A stretch of DNA of 64,000 nucleotides, from positions 9,756 to 73,755 of the forward strand of contig QIDH01000093.1 of NCBI GenBank assembly GCA_003229305.1, read 5' to 3'. Both the position numbers and the translations under genes were made by a program. Below, piece by piece: positions 47,946-58,389 of this stretch; position 1 is the stretch's first letter, and each line of letters opens with the position of its first letter. This stretch comes from Acidimicrobiia bacterium (GTDB lineage: Bacteria > Actinomycetota > Acidimicrobiia > Spongiisociales > Spongiisociaceae). The notes under the pieces are model-generated. The model did not search any database. It was not told where the DNA came from and worked only from the letters and a program-made list of their open reading frames with translations.

Positions 47946-48962
47946 GTGACCGCCTCGACTCAGGGACTGGTCTGTTCGCACCATCACCTCTATTCGGCTC
48001 TGGCCAGAGGAATGCCAACACCTCCGAAGATGGCAACGAACTTTCGCGAGATCCTCGAACAGGTCTGGTGGAGGCTGGACATGGCGCTCGACCTCGAAAT
48101 GGTGCGCTGGTCCGCGAAGCTGGGCGCGCTCGAGGCGCTGGAAAGCGGCACGACCGCAATCATCGATCACCACGCCTCTCCGAACGCGATCGAGGGTTCG
48201 TTGTCGGTCATCGCGGACGCTTGTGCCGAGGTGGGGGTGCGGGTCGCCTGCGCCTACGAAGTGACCGACCGCCACGGCGCAGATGGGGCACGTCGAGGGC
48301 TCGAAGAGAATCGGCGCTTTCTCGCAGAGGGCGGTAGGGGATGGGTCGGAGCCCATGCCTGTTTCACGCTCTCAGACGACACGCTCGATCGTGTGGTTGG
48401 CTTGGGCCAGGACACAGGTGCAGGCGTACATATTCACGTCCACGAAGGGCCAGATGATTCCGAGGCGGGCGCCCGTCTCTCCGGAAGGACAGACGACCGT
48501 TGGCTGCTGGCCCACTGTGTGTCTCTCGAAACCGAGCTGGCTGGCACGATTCTGCACAATCCCGAATCGAACATGAACAACGCGGTCGGTTACGCGAACC
48601 CCGTCAGATTCAACAACGCGGTGGCGCTTGGAACGGATGGGATAGGTGCCGACATGCTCGGCTCGTTCAGAGCCGCCTATCTCAAACATCGTGAATCGGA
48701 TGTCACTGCGACTCCAGATGCTGCCTGGTCTTGGTTGGAGACCGGTTGGGATCTCTTTCCGGAGGCCAGGACGGATGCCGTGTCCTGGTCATACGAGCCG
48801 ATCGATCCCTGGCACCTCGCCTTCACTCCTGGAGTGCGTCCAATCGAGATAGCCATCGATGACCAGCTGGTGTTCGCAGATGGATCGCCCACGTTGGTCG
48901 ATGGGGACGAGATCAGGGCCAAGGCCGCCGAACAGGCGACCAGATTGCATGCCAGATTGTGA
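47946..48962 (+). CDS. Amidohydrolase-superfamily metallo-hydrolase (SsnA / chlorohydrolase / cyclic amidase-like), N-terminally short
   Basis: GTG start one nucleotide after the upstream stop. HxH metal motif near the N-terminus (CSHHHLYSALARGMP) and downstream His/Asp ligands (HIHVHEGPDD; GTDGIGADM). Confidence 0.7.
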   Translation: MTASTQGLVCSHHHLYSALARGMPTPPKMATNFREILEQVWWRLDMALDLEMVRWSAKLGALEALESGTTAIIDHHASPNAIEGSLSVIADACAEVGVRVACAYEVTDRHGADGARRGLEENRRFLAEGGRGWVGAHACFTLSDDTLDRVVGLGQDTGAGVHIHVHEGPDDSEAGARLSGRTDDRWLLAHCVSLETELAGTILHNPESNMNNAVGYANPVRFNNAVALGTDGIGADMLGSFRAAYLKHRESDVTATPDAAWSWLETGWDLFPEARTDAVSWSYEPIDPWHLAFTPGVRPIEIAIDDQLVFADGSPTLVDGDEIRAKAAEQATRLHARL

Positions 48963-50746
48963 CGGAAGAGATGAAACAGCCGCCGCTTACGCCGATGAGC
49001 TTGACCACGATGCTCGGCCGGATTGCCCACGAGTGGGAGACCAGGACCCGGATATTCGACCTGCCTTCTGCCCGGATCTGGAAGCCGGATCCCGAGGTCG
49101 ACCTTGGCATCGAGTTCCTTGGCAGGCCGGCCGCGACCCCGCTCGGTCCGGCCGCCGGTCCCCATACCCAGATGGCCCAGAACATCGTTCTCGCCTGGCT
49201 GGGCGGGTCGAGAGTGTTCGAGCTCAAGACGGTGCAGGTCATCGACGATTTGGATATCGCCAGACCCTGCATCGACATGCAGACAATCGGGTACAACATC
49301 GAATGGAGCCAGGAACTGAGTGTTCCGGCCTCGATCGATGAATACGTCAAGGCCTGGATGATCATCGAGATCCTCAAACGTTGGGAGCCCCTCTCGGATC
49401 ACGTCGGTCCGGAAACCGGCGCCTTGGTGTTTGACATGTCCGTTGGGTATGACCTCGCAGGGATCTCTTCTCCGAAGATCACGAACTTCATCAACACCCT
49501 TCAAGACGCTTCCGAGAGGATCGATGCCCTGCGGGCCGAGATTCCTGCACCCTTCGAAGAGTTCAGAGATTTCGAATTCCCGACGAAGATCGCTGACACT
49601 CTCACCTTGTCCACGTTCCACGGATGCCCTCCTGACGAGATCGAGAGCATCGTGCGATACCTGATGGACACTCACGGTCTCGATGCAATCGTCAAGCTAA
49701 ATCCGACCTTGCTGGGGTTCGAGAGAGTGGACGCTCTTCTGCACGAAACGCTCGGCTACGACGATGTGACCATTTCGAGGGACGCCTTTGACGCCGACCT
49801 TCAGTTCGATCGGGCTCTCGAACTCATTGGGGGTCTGCGAGCCCACGCTGACGCCGGGGGCCGGCGGTTCGGTATCAAGCTCAGCAACACCCTCGTCGTG
49901 GTGAACGAGAAGGGTTGGATGCCAGATGATCCGATGTATCTGTCAGGCCCTCCGCTTCATGTGATCGCTTCGTCGATCCTCAATCGCCTGGTCGAGGCCC
50001 TCCCAGGCGTATTCGACCTCCCGGGTCAGGAAGGGTCCTCGCCGGTCACGTTCTCCGCTGGAGTGACCAAAACGAACGTTGCGGACACGATCGCCATGGG
50101 AGTGGCTCCGGCCACGATCTGTTCCGATCTACTCAAACCCGGCGGGTACGGCAGGCTCAAGCCGATGCTCAATGCACTAGTGGCGGAGATCGGCAAGGCC
50201 GGCATGACTTCGTTGCGAGATTGGCGGCAGGCCAGGCACGCAGAAGCGGTCGCAGCCGGGCACCGAGACTGGGTGGCAGCACACGTGTCCTCGATCACCG
50301 GCGAAGGGGTCGGCCTCTACGACAAGATCGGCAATTCGAAAATGCCTCGGCGGGTCGAATCCGAACTTCAGATGTGGGGTTGTGTCGCTTGCAATCTGTG
50401 CGTAACGGTCTGTCCGAACGGAGCGTTCATGAAGTTGCCATCGCCCGCCGAGTTGGCAGAGCAAATCGGTGGCAGGTGGCAATACATAGTACTGGCCGAG
50501 TTGTGCAACGACTGCGGAAACTGCCTTACCTTCTGCCCTGAGGATGGAGATCCCGCTCAGGTCAAGCCTCGGCTCTATCTCGACGAATCCCGATTTGCCG
50601 GAGCGGACGGCCAAGCCTTCCAGCTCACTGCCAACGGGCTGAATCTTGGTGCGCTGGCTTCGGTTGGATGGGAATCTGAGCTGGAGAGACTCGCAGCGGT
50701 GATTGCCGGAGATCAAGGAGTGCCGATTCGTGCCGCCGACCTCTGA
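48959..50746 (+). CDS. Dihydroorotate/dihydropyrimidine dehydrogenase-like TIM-barrel flavoprotein with C-terminal 2x[4Fe-4S] ferredoxin domain (PreA / YgfK-like)
   Basis: ATGA overlap. C-terminal CVACNLCVTVCP and CNDCGNCLTFCP clusters in PreA-like spacing. The upstream TIM-barrel has a GIKLS-type block. No NAD(P)H or FAD-binding PreT-like module is encoded nearby. Confidence 0.6.
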   Translation: MTEEMKQPPLTPMSLTTMLGRIAHEWETRTRIFDLPSARIWKPDPEVDLGIEFLGRPAATPLGPAAGPHTQMAQNIVLAWLGGSRVFELKTVQVIDDLDIARPCIDMQTIGYNIEWSQELSVPASIDEYVKAWMIIEILKRWEPLSDHVGPETGALVFDMSVGYDLAGISSPKITNFINTLQDASERIDALRAEIPAPFEEFRDFEFPTKIADTLTLSTFHGCPPDEIESIVRYLMDTHGLDAIVKLNPTLLGFERVDALLHETLGYDDVTISRDAFDADLQFDRALELIGGLRAHADAGGRRFGIKLSNTLVVVNEKGWMPDDPMYLSGPPLHVIASSILNRLVEALPGVFDLPGQEGSSPVTFSAGVTKTNVADTIAMGVAPATICSDLLKPGGYGRLKPMLNALVAEIGKAGMTSLRDWRQARHAEAVAAGHRDWVAAHVSSITGEGVGLYDKIGNSKMPRRVESELQMWGCVACNLCVTVCPNGAFMKLPSPAELAEQIGGRWQYIVLAELCNDCGNCLTFCPEDGDPAQVKPRLYLDESRFAGADGQAFQLTANGLNLGALASVGWESELERLAAVIAGDQGVPIRAADL

Positions 50747-50824
50747 TCCCAAGGTGCGGCTCCTCGGAACACGTGCAGCATTTGACGTTCCAAATTCCCG
50801 CGAACAGCGCTGCGGCCCTACTGG

Positions 50825-51661
50825 TTAGAAGATCGCGGTGGCCAGGCGGCGGCGATAGTCGCCGACCATGGGTGTTTCGCTGCCGAGAACTTCGAAGATG
50901 TCGAGCATCGCGATGCGGGCATCGTCTGAGCGTTCACCCCTCGCTTCGACCAGTGCCAAAAGACCATTCAGCGCGGCCTCGTAGTCACCGGCGGCGCCCT
51001 TTGCTCTTGCCAGATCGAATGCCGCGGATTCGTCCTCCGGGTCGGCGGCAACGGCGGCCTCCAGTTGGCCGATGTCCAGGTCGGTTGCACTACTCATCCT
51101 GGCGGCGGCCAGCATCGCTTTTACTTCTTGGGTCTCCGAAACGGGCTCAAGGATGTTGATCGCTTCTTCGTTGTCACCTCGATCGAGCAGCAGGCCTGCC
51201 AAGGTGACCGCCGCATCGTGGTGGGTGCTGTCCACCTCGAGAACTCCACGTAACAAACGTTCGGCGCCCGGTTCGTCGCCTGCCTCGTACAGACGATCCG
51301 CATCCGCAACGGCCTGGTCGAGATCGGATGGAAGGAGGGCTTCGATGAACTCTCGGACTTGTGATTCTGGCAGTGCGCCGGTAAACCGACTGACCGGCTG
51401 GCCGTCCTTGAAGGCGATCACGGTCGGGATGCCCTGAATGCCGAACTCGCTTGCCAACTGTTGGTTCCGGTCGGAATCAATCTTGGCAAGCCTGATCCGG
51501 CCACCTGCCTCGCCGACCACCTTTTCGATTATGGGTGAGAGGACCTTGCACGGACCGCACCAGTCCGCCCAAAAGTCCACCAGCACAGGAACTTCGTGGG
51601 ACCGATCCAGGACTTCTCTTTGGAAATCTGTCGTTTCGACGTCGCTGACATATGTGGTCAT
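50825..51661 (-). CDS. Thioredoxin domain fused to TPR-like C-terminal domain (YbbN/CnoX-like co-chaperone)
   Basis: WCGPC active site followed by an Ala/Leu-rich helical repeat region. Confidence 0.75.
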   Translation of the reverse strand: MTTYVSDVETTDFQREVLDRSHEVPVLVDFWADWCGPCKVLSPIIEKVVGEAGGRIRLAKIDSDRNQQLASEFGIQGIPTVIAFKDGQPVSRFTGALPESQVREFIEALLPSDLDQAVADADRLYEAGDEPGAERLLRGVLEVDSTHHDAAVTLAGLLLDRGDNEEAINILEPVSETQEVKAMLAAARMSSATDLDIGQLEAAVAADPEDESAAFDLARAKGAAGDYEAALNGLLALVEARGERSDDARIAMLDIFEVLGSETPMVGDYRRRLATAIF

Positions 51662-51727
51662 GATTGGGCCACGATACCCGGGTCCGGCCCCCTAACCTGA
51701 CAGCGTCGAGAGAGGAAGTTCGCAACG

Positions 51728-52609
51728 ATGGCACCATTCGGGTCCCTGCTCACTGCAATGATCACGCCGTTCCGTGAGGACGGCATGGTCGATTTCGAAC
51801 GGACTGCCCGGCTCGCGAACTACCTGGTGGACACCGGCTCGGAAGGGTTGGTCGTGACGGGGACGACCGGGGAGTCCCCAACCTTGAGCGACGTGGAGAT
51901 GATTGCCATGTACAGGGCGGTTCTGGATGCGGTAGGAGACCGCTGTCACGTCATCGCCGGAACCGGGACCAACGACACCGCGCACTCCGTCGAGCTGAGT
52001 CGCAAAGCCGCCGAGGTCGGGGTGCATGGATTGATGGCGGTGACTCCTTATTACTCGAGGCCGAGCCAAGAAGGCATACGGGCCCATTTCGAGGCGATCG
52101 CCAGTTCCACGGATCTTCCACTCATCATCTACAACATCCCATCGCGCACTGGGCGGCTGGTCGAGGTCGAGACCTTGGCTCGCCTGGCCGAGCACGAGAA
52201 TATCGTTGCCACCAAGGATGCCGTGGAGGACATTGGGTTCACTTCTGCGTGTCGCCAGTGGCTGCCGCTCGACTTCCCGATCTATTCGGGAGCCGACGCC
52301 TACACGCTCCCGATAATGGCGGTAGGTGGGGTCGGCTGCATCTCGGTGTTGTCTCACTTCGCAGGACTCAACATCAAAAGGATGATCGAGGCTTTCACTG
52401 CCGGTGATGTCCGTGAAGCCGAGCGGCTCCACCGTGGCCTGATGCCTCTGTTCGCAGCTGGATTCATGGAACCGAACCCGTCGCCAACCAAGGCAGGACT
52501 CACCGAGCTGTGGGAGCCGGTTGGCAATCCGCGGCTGCCGCTGCTGGCCGCGGCAGGAGAAACGACGAAGGCGATTGTTGAAGCCGTCGGAATTTCGGAG
52601 GCGCTGTGA
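51728..52609 (+). CDS. dapA: 4-hydroxy-tetrahydrodipicolinate synthase
   Basis: Typical DapA N-terminus (SLLTAMITPF...GLVVTGTTGES) and size (293 aa). Confidence 0.9.
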   Translation: MAPFGSLLTAMITPFREDGMVDFERTARLANYLVDTGSEGLVVTGTTGESPTLSDVEMIAMYRAVLDAVGDRCHVIAGTGTNDTAHSVELSRKAAEVGVHGLMAVTPYYSRPSQEGIRAHFEAIASSTDLPLIIYNIPSRTGRLVEVETLARLAEHENIVATKDAVEDIGFTSACRQWLPLDFPIYSGADAYTLPIMAVGGVGCISVLSHFAGLNIKRMIEAFTAGDVREAERLHRGLMPLFAAGFMEPNPSPTKAGLTELWEPVGNPRLPLLAAAGETTKAIVEAVGISEAL

Positions 52610-54237
52610 GCGTCAAGGTCACATTTCTGGGGGGTCTCGGCGAGATCGGCCGTAATTGTGCGGCAATCGAAATTGACGGCCAGATCGCAGTGATCGACTG
52701 TGGCCTGATGTTCCCTGAGGAGGACATGTTCGGCGTGGATCTTGTCTTTCCCGACTGGAGTTGGCTCGTCGAGCGGGCCGAAGATGTGCGCTGCGTCATC
52801 CTCACCCATGGGCACGAGGACCACATTGGCGCCCTCAGCTATTTTCTTCGGGAACTGAGCGTCCCGGTCTACGGGACGAGACTCACCCTGGAGTTGGCCG
52901 CACCCAGAGTCGAGGAGCTCAGGGTCGAAGCAGTGTTCCGCCCAGTTGCAGACACGAGGTGGGTTACGGATGGGCCGTTCAAGTTCCAGTTGGTCCCCGT
53001 CTCACACTCTGTCCCGGACGGCGCCGCGGTGGCTTTCGACACCCCTGAAGGCATCATCCTGCACACCGGAGATTTCAAGCTCGATCCGACGCCGATCGAT
53101 TCTCGTCCCACCGACCTTCCTACCTTTGCCGAGCTGGGACGCAAGGGCGTCCGCCTATTGCTTTCGGACTCGACCAACGCTGAGCGGGTTGGGATCATCC
53201 CTTCGGAGCGGTCCTTGAAACAGACCATCCACAACATCGTCAAAGAAGCGGACGGCCGGGTCATTGCGGCGTGCTTTTCGAGCCACATCCATAGGGTTCA
53301 GCAGATAGCAGATGCGGGTCTGGCTGCGGGTCGTTACATCGCCTTCCTCGGTCGATCGATGGAACGCAACGTCGTTCTCGGTCAGCGAGTTGGCGTGCTC
53401 AATCTCCCTCAAGATCGGATCCTGCCCATTGAGGAGCTGTTGTCGAGACCCGCAGCCCAGACGATGATCATCACAACCGGGTCACAGGGAGAGCCATTCG
53501 CAGCACTTTCACTGATGGCGGCCCGTCGCCACAGGTGGGTGACTCTGGAAGAGGGAGACACCGTGCTCATCTCGGCCACCCCGATCCCAGGGAACGAGAC
53601 TGCGGTCTCCAAGGTGATCTCGGGTCTCAACAAGGCGGGGGCAAGAGTGATGCACGGTCGCAACGCCAACGTGCATGTTTCAGGCCATGCGGCCCAGGAG
53701 GAACTCAAGACGTTCCTCAACGTGGTGAGACCGACCGCCTTCGTACCGATCCACGGTGAGTATCGCCACCTTTTTGCCCACGCGGATCTCGCGGCAGAGA
53801 TGAACGTACCCCAGATCAACGTTCTCGAAGACGGCGACGCGATAGTGATCGATGGTGACAAGACGATCGTCGAACGCAACGCGGTGGAGGCGGGCTACGT
53901 CTACTTGGACGGATCCGGTGTCGGCGATGTACGAGATGCGGTCCTGCGTGATCGCTCACACCTCGGAGACGATGGGGTAGTCGTGGTGATGGTCGCCCTC
54001 AACGCAAAGACCCGCGAGATCATCGACGGTCCAGATCTCAATTCGCACGGATTCATCGACGATCCCGAACCGGTTCTCGCCAAGGCAGCAGAGGCGGTCG
54101 AGACGACCATCAAAGACTACGAGTTCGGCAACACAGAAGAGACATTGTCTGTGGCAATCCGCCGTACAGTGCGACGGGTCATCAAGAGCGAGACCAAACA
54201 GCGGCCAGTCGTCCTCCCGGTGGTCGTGGAACTCTGA
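52606..54237 (+). CDS. rnj: Ribonuclease J (metallo-beta-lactamase / beta-CASP family)
   Basis: GTGA overlap with dapA. Has HGHEDHIGAL, the beta-CASP motifs and the RNase J C-terminal domain. 543 aa. Confidence 0.9.
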   Translation: MSVKVTFLGGLGEIGRNCAAIEIDGQIAVIDCGLMFPEEDMFGVDLVFPDWSWLVERAEDVRCVILTHGHEDHIGALSYFLRELSVPVYGTRLTLELAAPRVEELRVEAVFRPVADTRWVTDGPFKFQLVPVSHSVPDGAAVAFDTPEGIILHTGDFKLDPTPIDSRPTDLPTFAELGRKGVRLLLSDSTNAERVGIIPSERSLKQTIHNIVKEADGRVIAACFSSHIHRVQQIADAGLAAGRYIAFLGRSMERNVVLGQRVGVLNLPQDRILPIEELLSRPAAQTMIITTGSQGEPFAALSLMAARRHRWVTLEEGDTVLISATPIPGNETAVSKVISGLNKAGARVMHGRNANVHVSGHAAQEELKTFLNVVRPTAFVPIHGEYRHLFAHADLAAEMNVPQINVLEDGDAIVIDGDKTIVERNAVEAGYVYLDGSGVGDVRDAVLRDRSHLGDDGVVVVMVALNAKTREIIDGPDLNSHGFIDDPEPVLAKAAEAVETTIKDYEFGNTEETLSVAIRRTVRRVIKSETKQRPVVLPVVVEL

Positions 54238-54399
54238 CGCCTAGAGCGTTGGTTCGGTTGGCAGATTGATTCAGGGTCCGGTGAGTGAGAACGATTGGCC
54301 TCCGAAATCGCTCTCACCTTCGTATTCGCGCGGATCGCGCGAACGATCGCGCGGAGAGTCGTTGGCCGAAGTGTTCCAGGGGTGTAGAGTCTCAAACAC

Positions 54400-56757
54400 A
54401 TGGCACATAGGACACCCACCCGCCAAAAGGGCAAGGGGCGGAAGCGGGTGTCATCGCCGCGAAATCGGCGTCCGAGTGGCTCTTCGACGAAGGCCAGAAG
54501 GGCGCCGGCGAACAAGACCAAGGTCACCAGGGCCAGACCCGCTGCTGGGCGGAAGGCCAAAACTCAATCCCGAGCTGCGGTTCGGCCAGGTCGGCTGAGC
54601 GCGTTTCGGGAATGGCTCCGCTACGGCATCGGCCGCCAAGCCGACGATGTATGGGGCCTGGTCTTGGCAGTTTCAGGTGCGATGGTCGCTCTGGCATTCC
54701 TCGGGGCGGCCGGTCCGCTCGGACGTTGGATTGCGTCCTCTTTGAAGCTATTGGCGGGCGTGTGGGCCTATTCGATCCCGATCGGTTTGGTCACGCTTGG
54801 TGCGATTCTCATCACTGGTCGGCATCGAAACGACTACGGGAAGATCGGTTGGGGCGCCCTTGTGGCATTTGTGGGCTCCCTCTCACTGTTCCATCTTCTC
54901 ACCGGAAGCGTCGCGTTGGCCGACAGCATCGAACTCGTCAAGACTCGAGGGGGAGCGCTTGGCTCCTTGGTCGCTTTCCCGCTCAGGAGAGTGATCGGTT
55001 TTTGGGGGGCCTTCCTGGTTCTATCTGCGATCACGTCGGTTGGAATCCTCCTGTCCACAAGAACCTCGATTCGTGAAGTAGCCCGGGCCATCCTGGAGTT
55101 GTTCAATCTGGCCAAGCTCAGGGTGATCCAATGGCGGGCCGAACCCGCGCCTGAACGGGTCCACAAGGCGCCGCCGCTGATCATCGAACAGCGGCGTCCC
55201 GTCGGTTCGAGGCCAAAGAAGGGCGGGCCTACCAAACCGGCTGATGAACCTGGCCCCAAGCCTGGCGCCGCACCTCGGGCGAAACCGGTGCCCAAGGTCG
55301 CCGCCGGGACCTATCAGCTGCCACCGCTCGATCTTCTGTCCGAAGGTGGAGGCGAGGGTCAGTCGCGGCGTCAACTGGAGGAGACAGCTCGCGAGCTCGA
55401 GGAGGCGCTCCGACAGCACAATGTCGACGCGAGGCTGACCAAGATCGTCCCCGGGCCGACCGTCACCCGCTACGAAATCGAGCTGGCACCAGGCGTCAAG
55501 GTATCAAGGGTCACCAACCTCGCCAACGATATCGCCTACGCGTTGGCCACCCCAGATGTGCGATTGCTCGCTCCTATACCGGGAAAATCGGCTATCGGCG
55601 TGGAAGTCCCCAACCGGCGTAGACAGATGGTCACTCTCCGAGACGTTCTTGGCTCGCCGGAGGCCAAATCGCAGACGCATCCACTGGCTGTGGCTCTCGG
55701 TCAAGACATCTCAGGGGCGCCGCAGATGCTCAATCTCGCCGAACTTCCCCACGTCCTCATCGCCGGTGCGACGGGGGCAGGCAAGTCCTCGTGTATCAAC
55801 GTCCTCGTCACTTCTTTGTTGATGCGGACCAGGCCAGAAGACGTGCGGCTGATCATGGTCGACCCCAAACGGGTGGAACTCGGGCAGTACAACGGCGTTC
55901 CTCACCTGCTGACGAAGGTGATCACCAATCCCAAGAAGGCATCAGATGCGTTGCAATGGGCCGTTGGTGAGATGGACAGACGCTACGACCTGTTGGCGGA
56001 TTCCGGGGTTCGGGACATCGTCGGTTACCGCGAAAAATTCGATTCAGGCGGCCTCGATCCGGACGGATTCGATCGATTCCCCTACCTTGTCATAATCATC
56101 GACGAGTTGAACGACCTGATGATGGTCGCAGGCCGCGATGTCGAAAACGCCATCGTGAGGATCGCCCAGATGGCCAGGGCGGTCGGAATCCACCTGGTGA
56201 TCGCCACACAACGTCCTTCCGTCAATGTGATCACAGGTGTCATCAAGGCGAATGTGCCGAGTCGGTTGGCTTTTTCGGTTGCCTCGCAGACCGACTCCAG
56301 AGTCATCATCGACACTGTCGGCGCCGAGAAGCTGATCGGGATGGGCGACATGTTGGTCGTAACGGCCCGCGAACCGCGCCCGATCAGGGTGCAGGGAGCG
56401 TGGGTGGAAGAGTCTGAGGTTCACTCGGTAGTCGATTGGGTCAAGGCGCAGATGGCTGCCGAATACGAGCAGATAGCAGAGAAGGTTGCCGCGACTAGGC
56501 AGCAGACAGCGGAGGCAGACGAGGGCGAAGATCCGGAGTTGCTCCGTCAGGCGATCGAGCTGGTTGTTCGGTCCCAGCTCGGGTCGACCTCGATGCTGCA
56601 GCGAAAGCTGCGGGTTGGATTCGCCAGAGCAGGCCGGCTGATGGACATCCTCGAATACAAGGGAATCGTGGGTCCCTCAGAGGGCTCCAAGGCGCGGCAG
56701 GTGTTGATGACAATCGACGAGCTGCCTGCGCCACACGAAGAACGAGCGGGCGTCTGA
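54400..56757 (+). CDS. ftsK: FtsK/SpoIIIE-family DNA translocase
   Basis: Basic N-terminus, four TM helices, a Pro-rich linker, a motor domain (IAGATGAGKS; IIIDELNDLMM) and a C-terminal gamma (winged-helix) domain. Confidence 0.9.
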   Translation: MAHRTPTRQKGKGRKRVSSPRNRRPSGSSTKARRAPANKTKVTRARPAAGRKAKTQSRAAVRPGRLSAFREWLRYGIGRQADDVWGLVLAVSGAMVALAFLGAAGPLGRWIASSLKLLAGVWAYSIPIGLVTLGAILITGRHRNDYGKIGWGALVAFVGSLSLFHLLTGSVALADSIELVKTRGGALGSLVAFPLRRVIGFWGAFLVLSAITSVGILLSTRTSIREVARAILELFNLAKLRVIQWRAEPAPERVHKAPPLIIEQRRPVGSRPKKGGPTKPADEPGPKPGAAPRAKPVPKVAAGTYQLPPLDLLSEGGGEGQSRRQLEETARELEEALRQHNVDARLTKIVPGPTVTRYEIELAPGVKVSRVTNLANDIAYALATPDVRLLAPIPGKSAIGVEVPNRRRQMVTLRDVLGSPEAKSQTHPLAVALGQDISGAPQMLNLAELPHVLIAGATGAGKSSCINVLVTSLLMRTRPEDVRLIMVDPKRVELGQYNGVPHLLTKVITNPKKASDALQWAVGEMDRRYDLLADSGVRDIVGYREKFDSGGLDPDGFDRFPYLVIIIDELNDLMMVAGRDVENAIVRIAQMARAVGIHLVIATQRPSVNVITGVIKANVPSRLAFSVASQTDSRVIIDTVGAEKLIGMGDMLVVTAREPRPIRVQGAWVEESEVHSVVDWVKAQMAAEYEQIAEKVAATRQQTAEADEGEDPELLRQAIELVVRSQLGSTSMLQRKLRVGFARAGRLMDILEYKGIVGPSEGSKARQVLMTIDELPAPHEERAGV

Positions 56758-57053
56758 GGCCGGTTGAATCCCTGACCGTCCAGCCGTCGAGTAAACCTTT
56801 TGGACGAACCTGGCGATATGACTGGTGAATGTCCATTTTCCGGCCGTCGGCCCATGCAGAAGGCAGCGGCACCTCGTTAGTGATCTCGGAGGAGGACCCG
56901 TGGTGGGAACCGCCTTCACGCTCCGGTCCGCCCTCGCGCTCCGAGCCGACCTCTCTGTCAGAGTTGCCGCCTTCGCCTCGAATCTTCCCCCGCACGGAGA
57001 TCGACCTCGATCTCACCAGCGACTTCAGGCGAACCGGAACCCGGCGCGGGTGG

Positions 57054-57686
57054 GTGACAAGGGGACCAGTTGATGTAGCGACGTCGCATCTCCTGCTGCT
57101 GAGAGCATTCCTCGCGTTCGCATGGTTGAGGGCGGCGTTCGACAAGGTGGCCGATCCGTCGTGGTGGGATGGCACGGTAGTGACCTCTTTCCTCACCGGC
57201 GGGTCTGGCGCGGAGCCATTGGCCGGGTTTCAGGTGTTCGCGGAAGCAATCCTGCTCAAAGCACCGGCGTTGATCGCGGCGCTCGTACTGCTGGCTGAGT
57301 TGACCATCGGGATTGGACTCATGACCGGTTTTCGCTTCGATGCAGCACTCGGCGTTGGCATCGGGTTGTCCATGACGTTCTTGGCGGCCGGCCGGATCAA
57401 TCCCGCCGCGTTCTACTTGGTGATCCAGCTCGCCATGCTTGGGTCTCCGGCCGGCCGTGTGTATCGACTAGATCCCTGGTCCATGCCGAGAGTTGCCCAC
57501 TGGGCTCCGTGGGCGGTCATGTGGGCTGGGTCCGTCTTGGTCTGGTCTGTGGGTTCAGCCGGGCCGCTTTCGACCGGCTCCGTCGCGGAACCGGCTGCGG
57601 TCCTCGGATTCTCGTCGTTGTTTGCGCTCCTGACCATTGGCCTGCTCTGGCGTCGAGAACACCGAACCGTGACTGGCGGAGCGTAA
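57054..57686 (+). CDS. DoxX-like integral membrane protein, hypothetical
   Basis: TM-rich region starting LLLLRAFLAFAWLRAAFDKVADPSWW. ORF 56829..57686 has a Ser/Pro-rich N-terminal extension. Start set at the in-frame GTG at 57054; the true start is uncertain. Confidence 0.4.
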   Translation: MTRGPVDVATSHLLLLRAFLAFAWLRAAFDKVADPSWWDGTVVTSFLTGGSGAEPLAGFQVFAEAILLKAPALIAALVLLAELTIGIGLMTGFRFDAALGVGIGLSMTFLAAGRINPAAFYLVIQLAMLGSPAGRVYRLDPWSMPRVAHWAPWAVMWAGSVLVWSVGSAGPLSTGSVAEPAAVLGFSSLFALLTIGLLWRREHRTVTGGA

Positions 57687-57705
57687 GCCGACGCCCGCCA
57701 GCCGA

Positions 57706-58377
57706 ATGACGACCCGCGCTTGGGGCCGTGCACCTATCGTTCGTGACCTGATGCAGGCCCCAACTGTCGACTCCGAATTCATTCGAGTGAGAACCACGGA
57801 TGTGGTTCTCGATGGCGGAACGACGATCTGCGTTCGTCCGATCGTGCCGGACGACAGGCAAGGCATCGCCGAAGGTCTGGCGCGTTTGTCTGACGAAACC
57901 CGTTACTCCCGCTTCTTCAGGTCAGTCGACCGGTTGTCGGAACGTGAGCTGACGTACCTGACGGAGATCGACTATCGAGATCACTTTGCTTGGGTTGCGA
58001 CGAGTAAGGAGACCCCACCGAGCGGCCTGGGAGTAGCGAGGTACATTCGTTCCCAAGACGAGCCGACGATTGCCGAGGCCTCGGTAGTCGTCGTGGACGC
58101 CTACCAGGGCAAGGGGATCGCCAGGGTTCTCCTCGAATTGTTGTCAGGGACGGCGCTCGAACACGGCGTGACCGCGTTCCGCTCGTACGCGCTTCCATCG
58201 AATCGGGCCGTGATCGACAGCATGTACAAGGCAGGGACGTCTGTGACCCTCAACGACGAGGAGGGCTTCGTCCGGCTGGACGTGGAGCTGCCGGCCGTGA
58301 CCGGCCTCCGTGACTCTGCAATGTATGAGGTACTGAGAGCCGCAGCCACGGGAGCCATCTCGTTAGATCGGCAATAG
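57706..58377 (+). CDS. GNAT-family N-acetyltransferase
   Basis: Acetyl-CoA binding block (VVVDAYQGKGIARVLLELL). Confidence 0.65.
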   Translation: MTTRAWGRAPIVRDLMQAPTVDSEFIRVRTTDVVLDGGTTICVRPIVPDDRQGIAEGLARLSDETRYSRFFRSVDRLSERELTYLTEIDYRDHFAWVATSKETPPSGLGVARYIRSQDEPTIAEASVVVVDAYQGKGIARVLLELLSGTALEHGVTAFRSYALPSNRAVIDSMYKAGTSVTLNDEEGFVRLDVELPAVTGLRDSAMYEVLRAAATGAISLDRQ

Positions 58378-58389
58378 GCTGGTTCGCAG

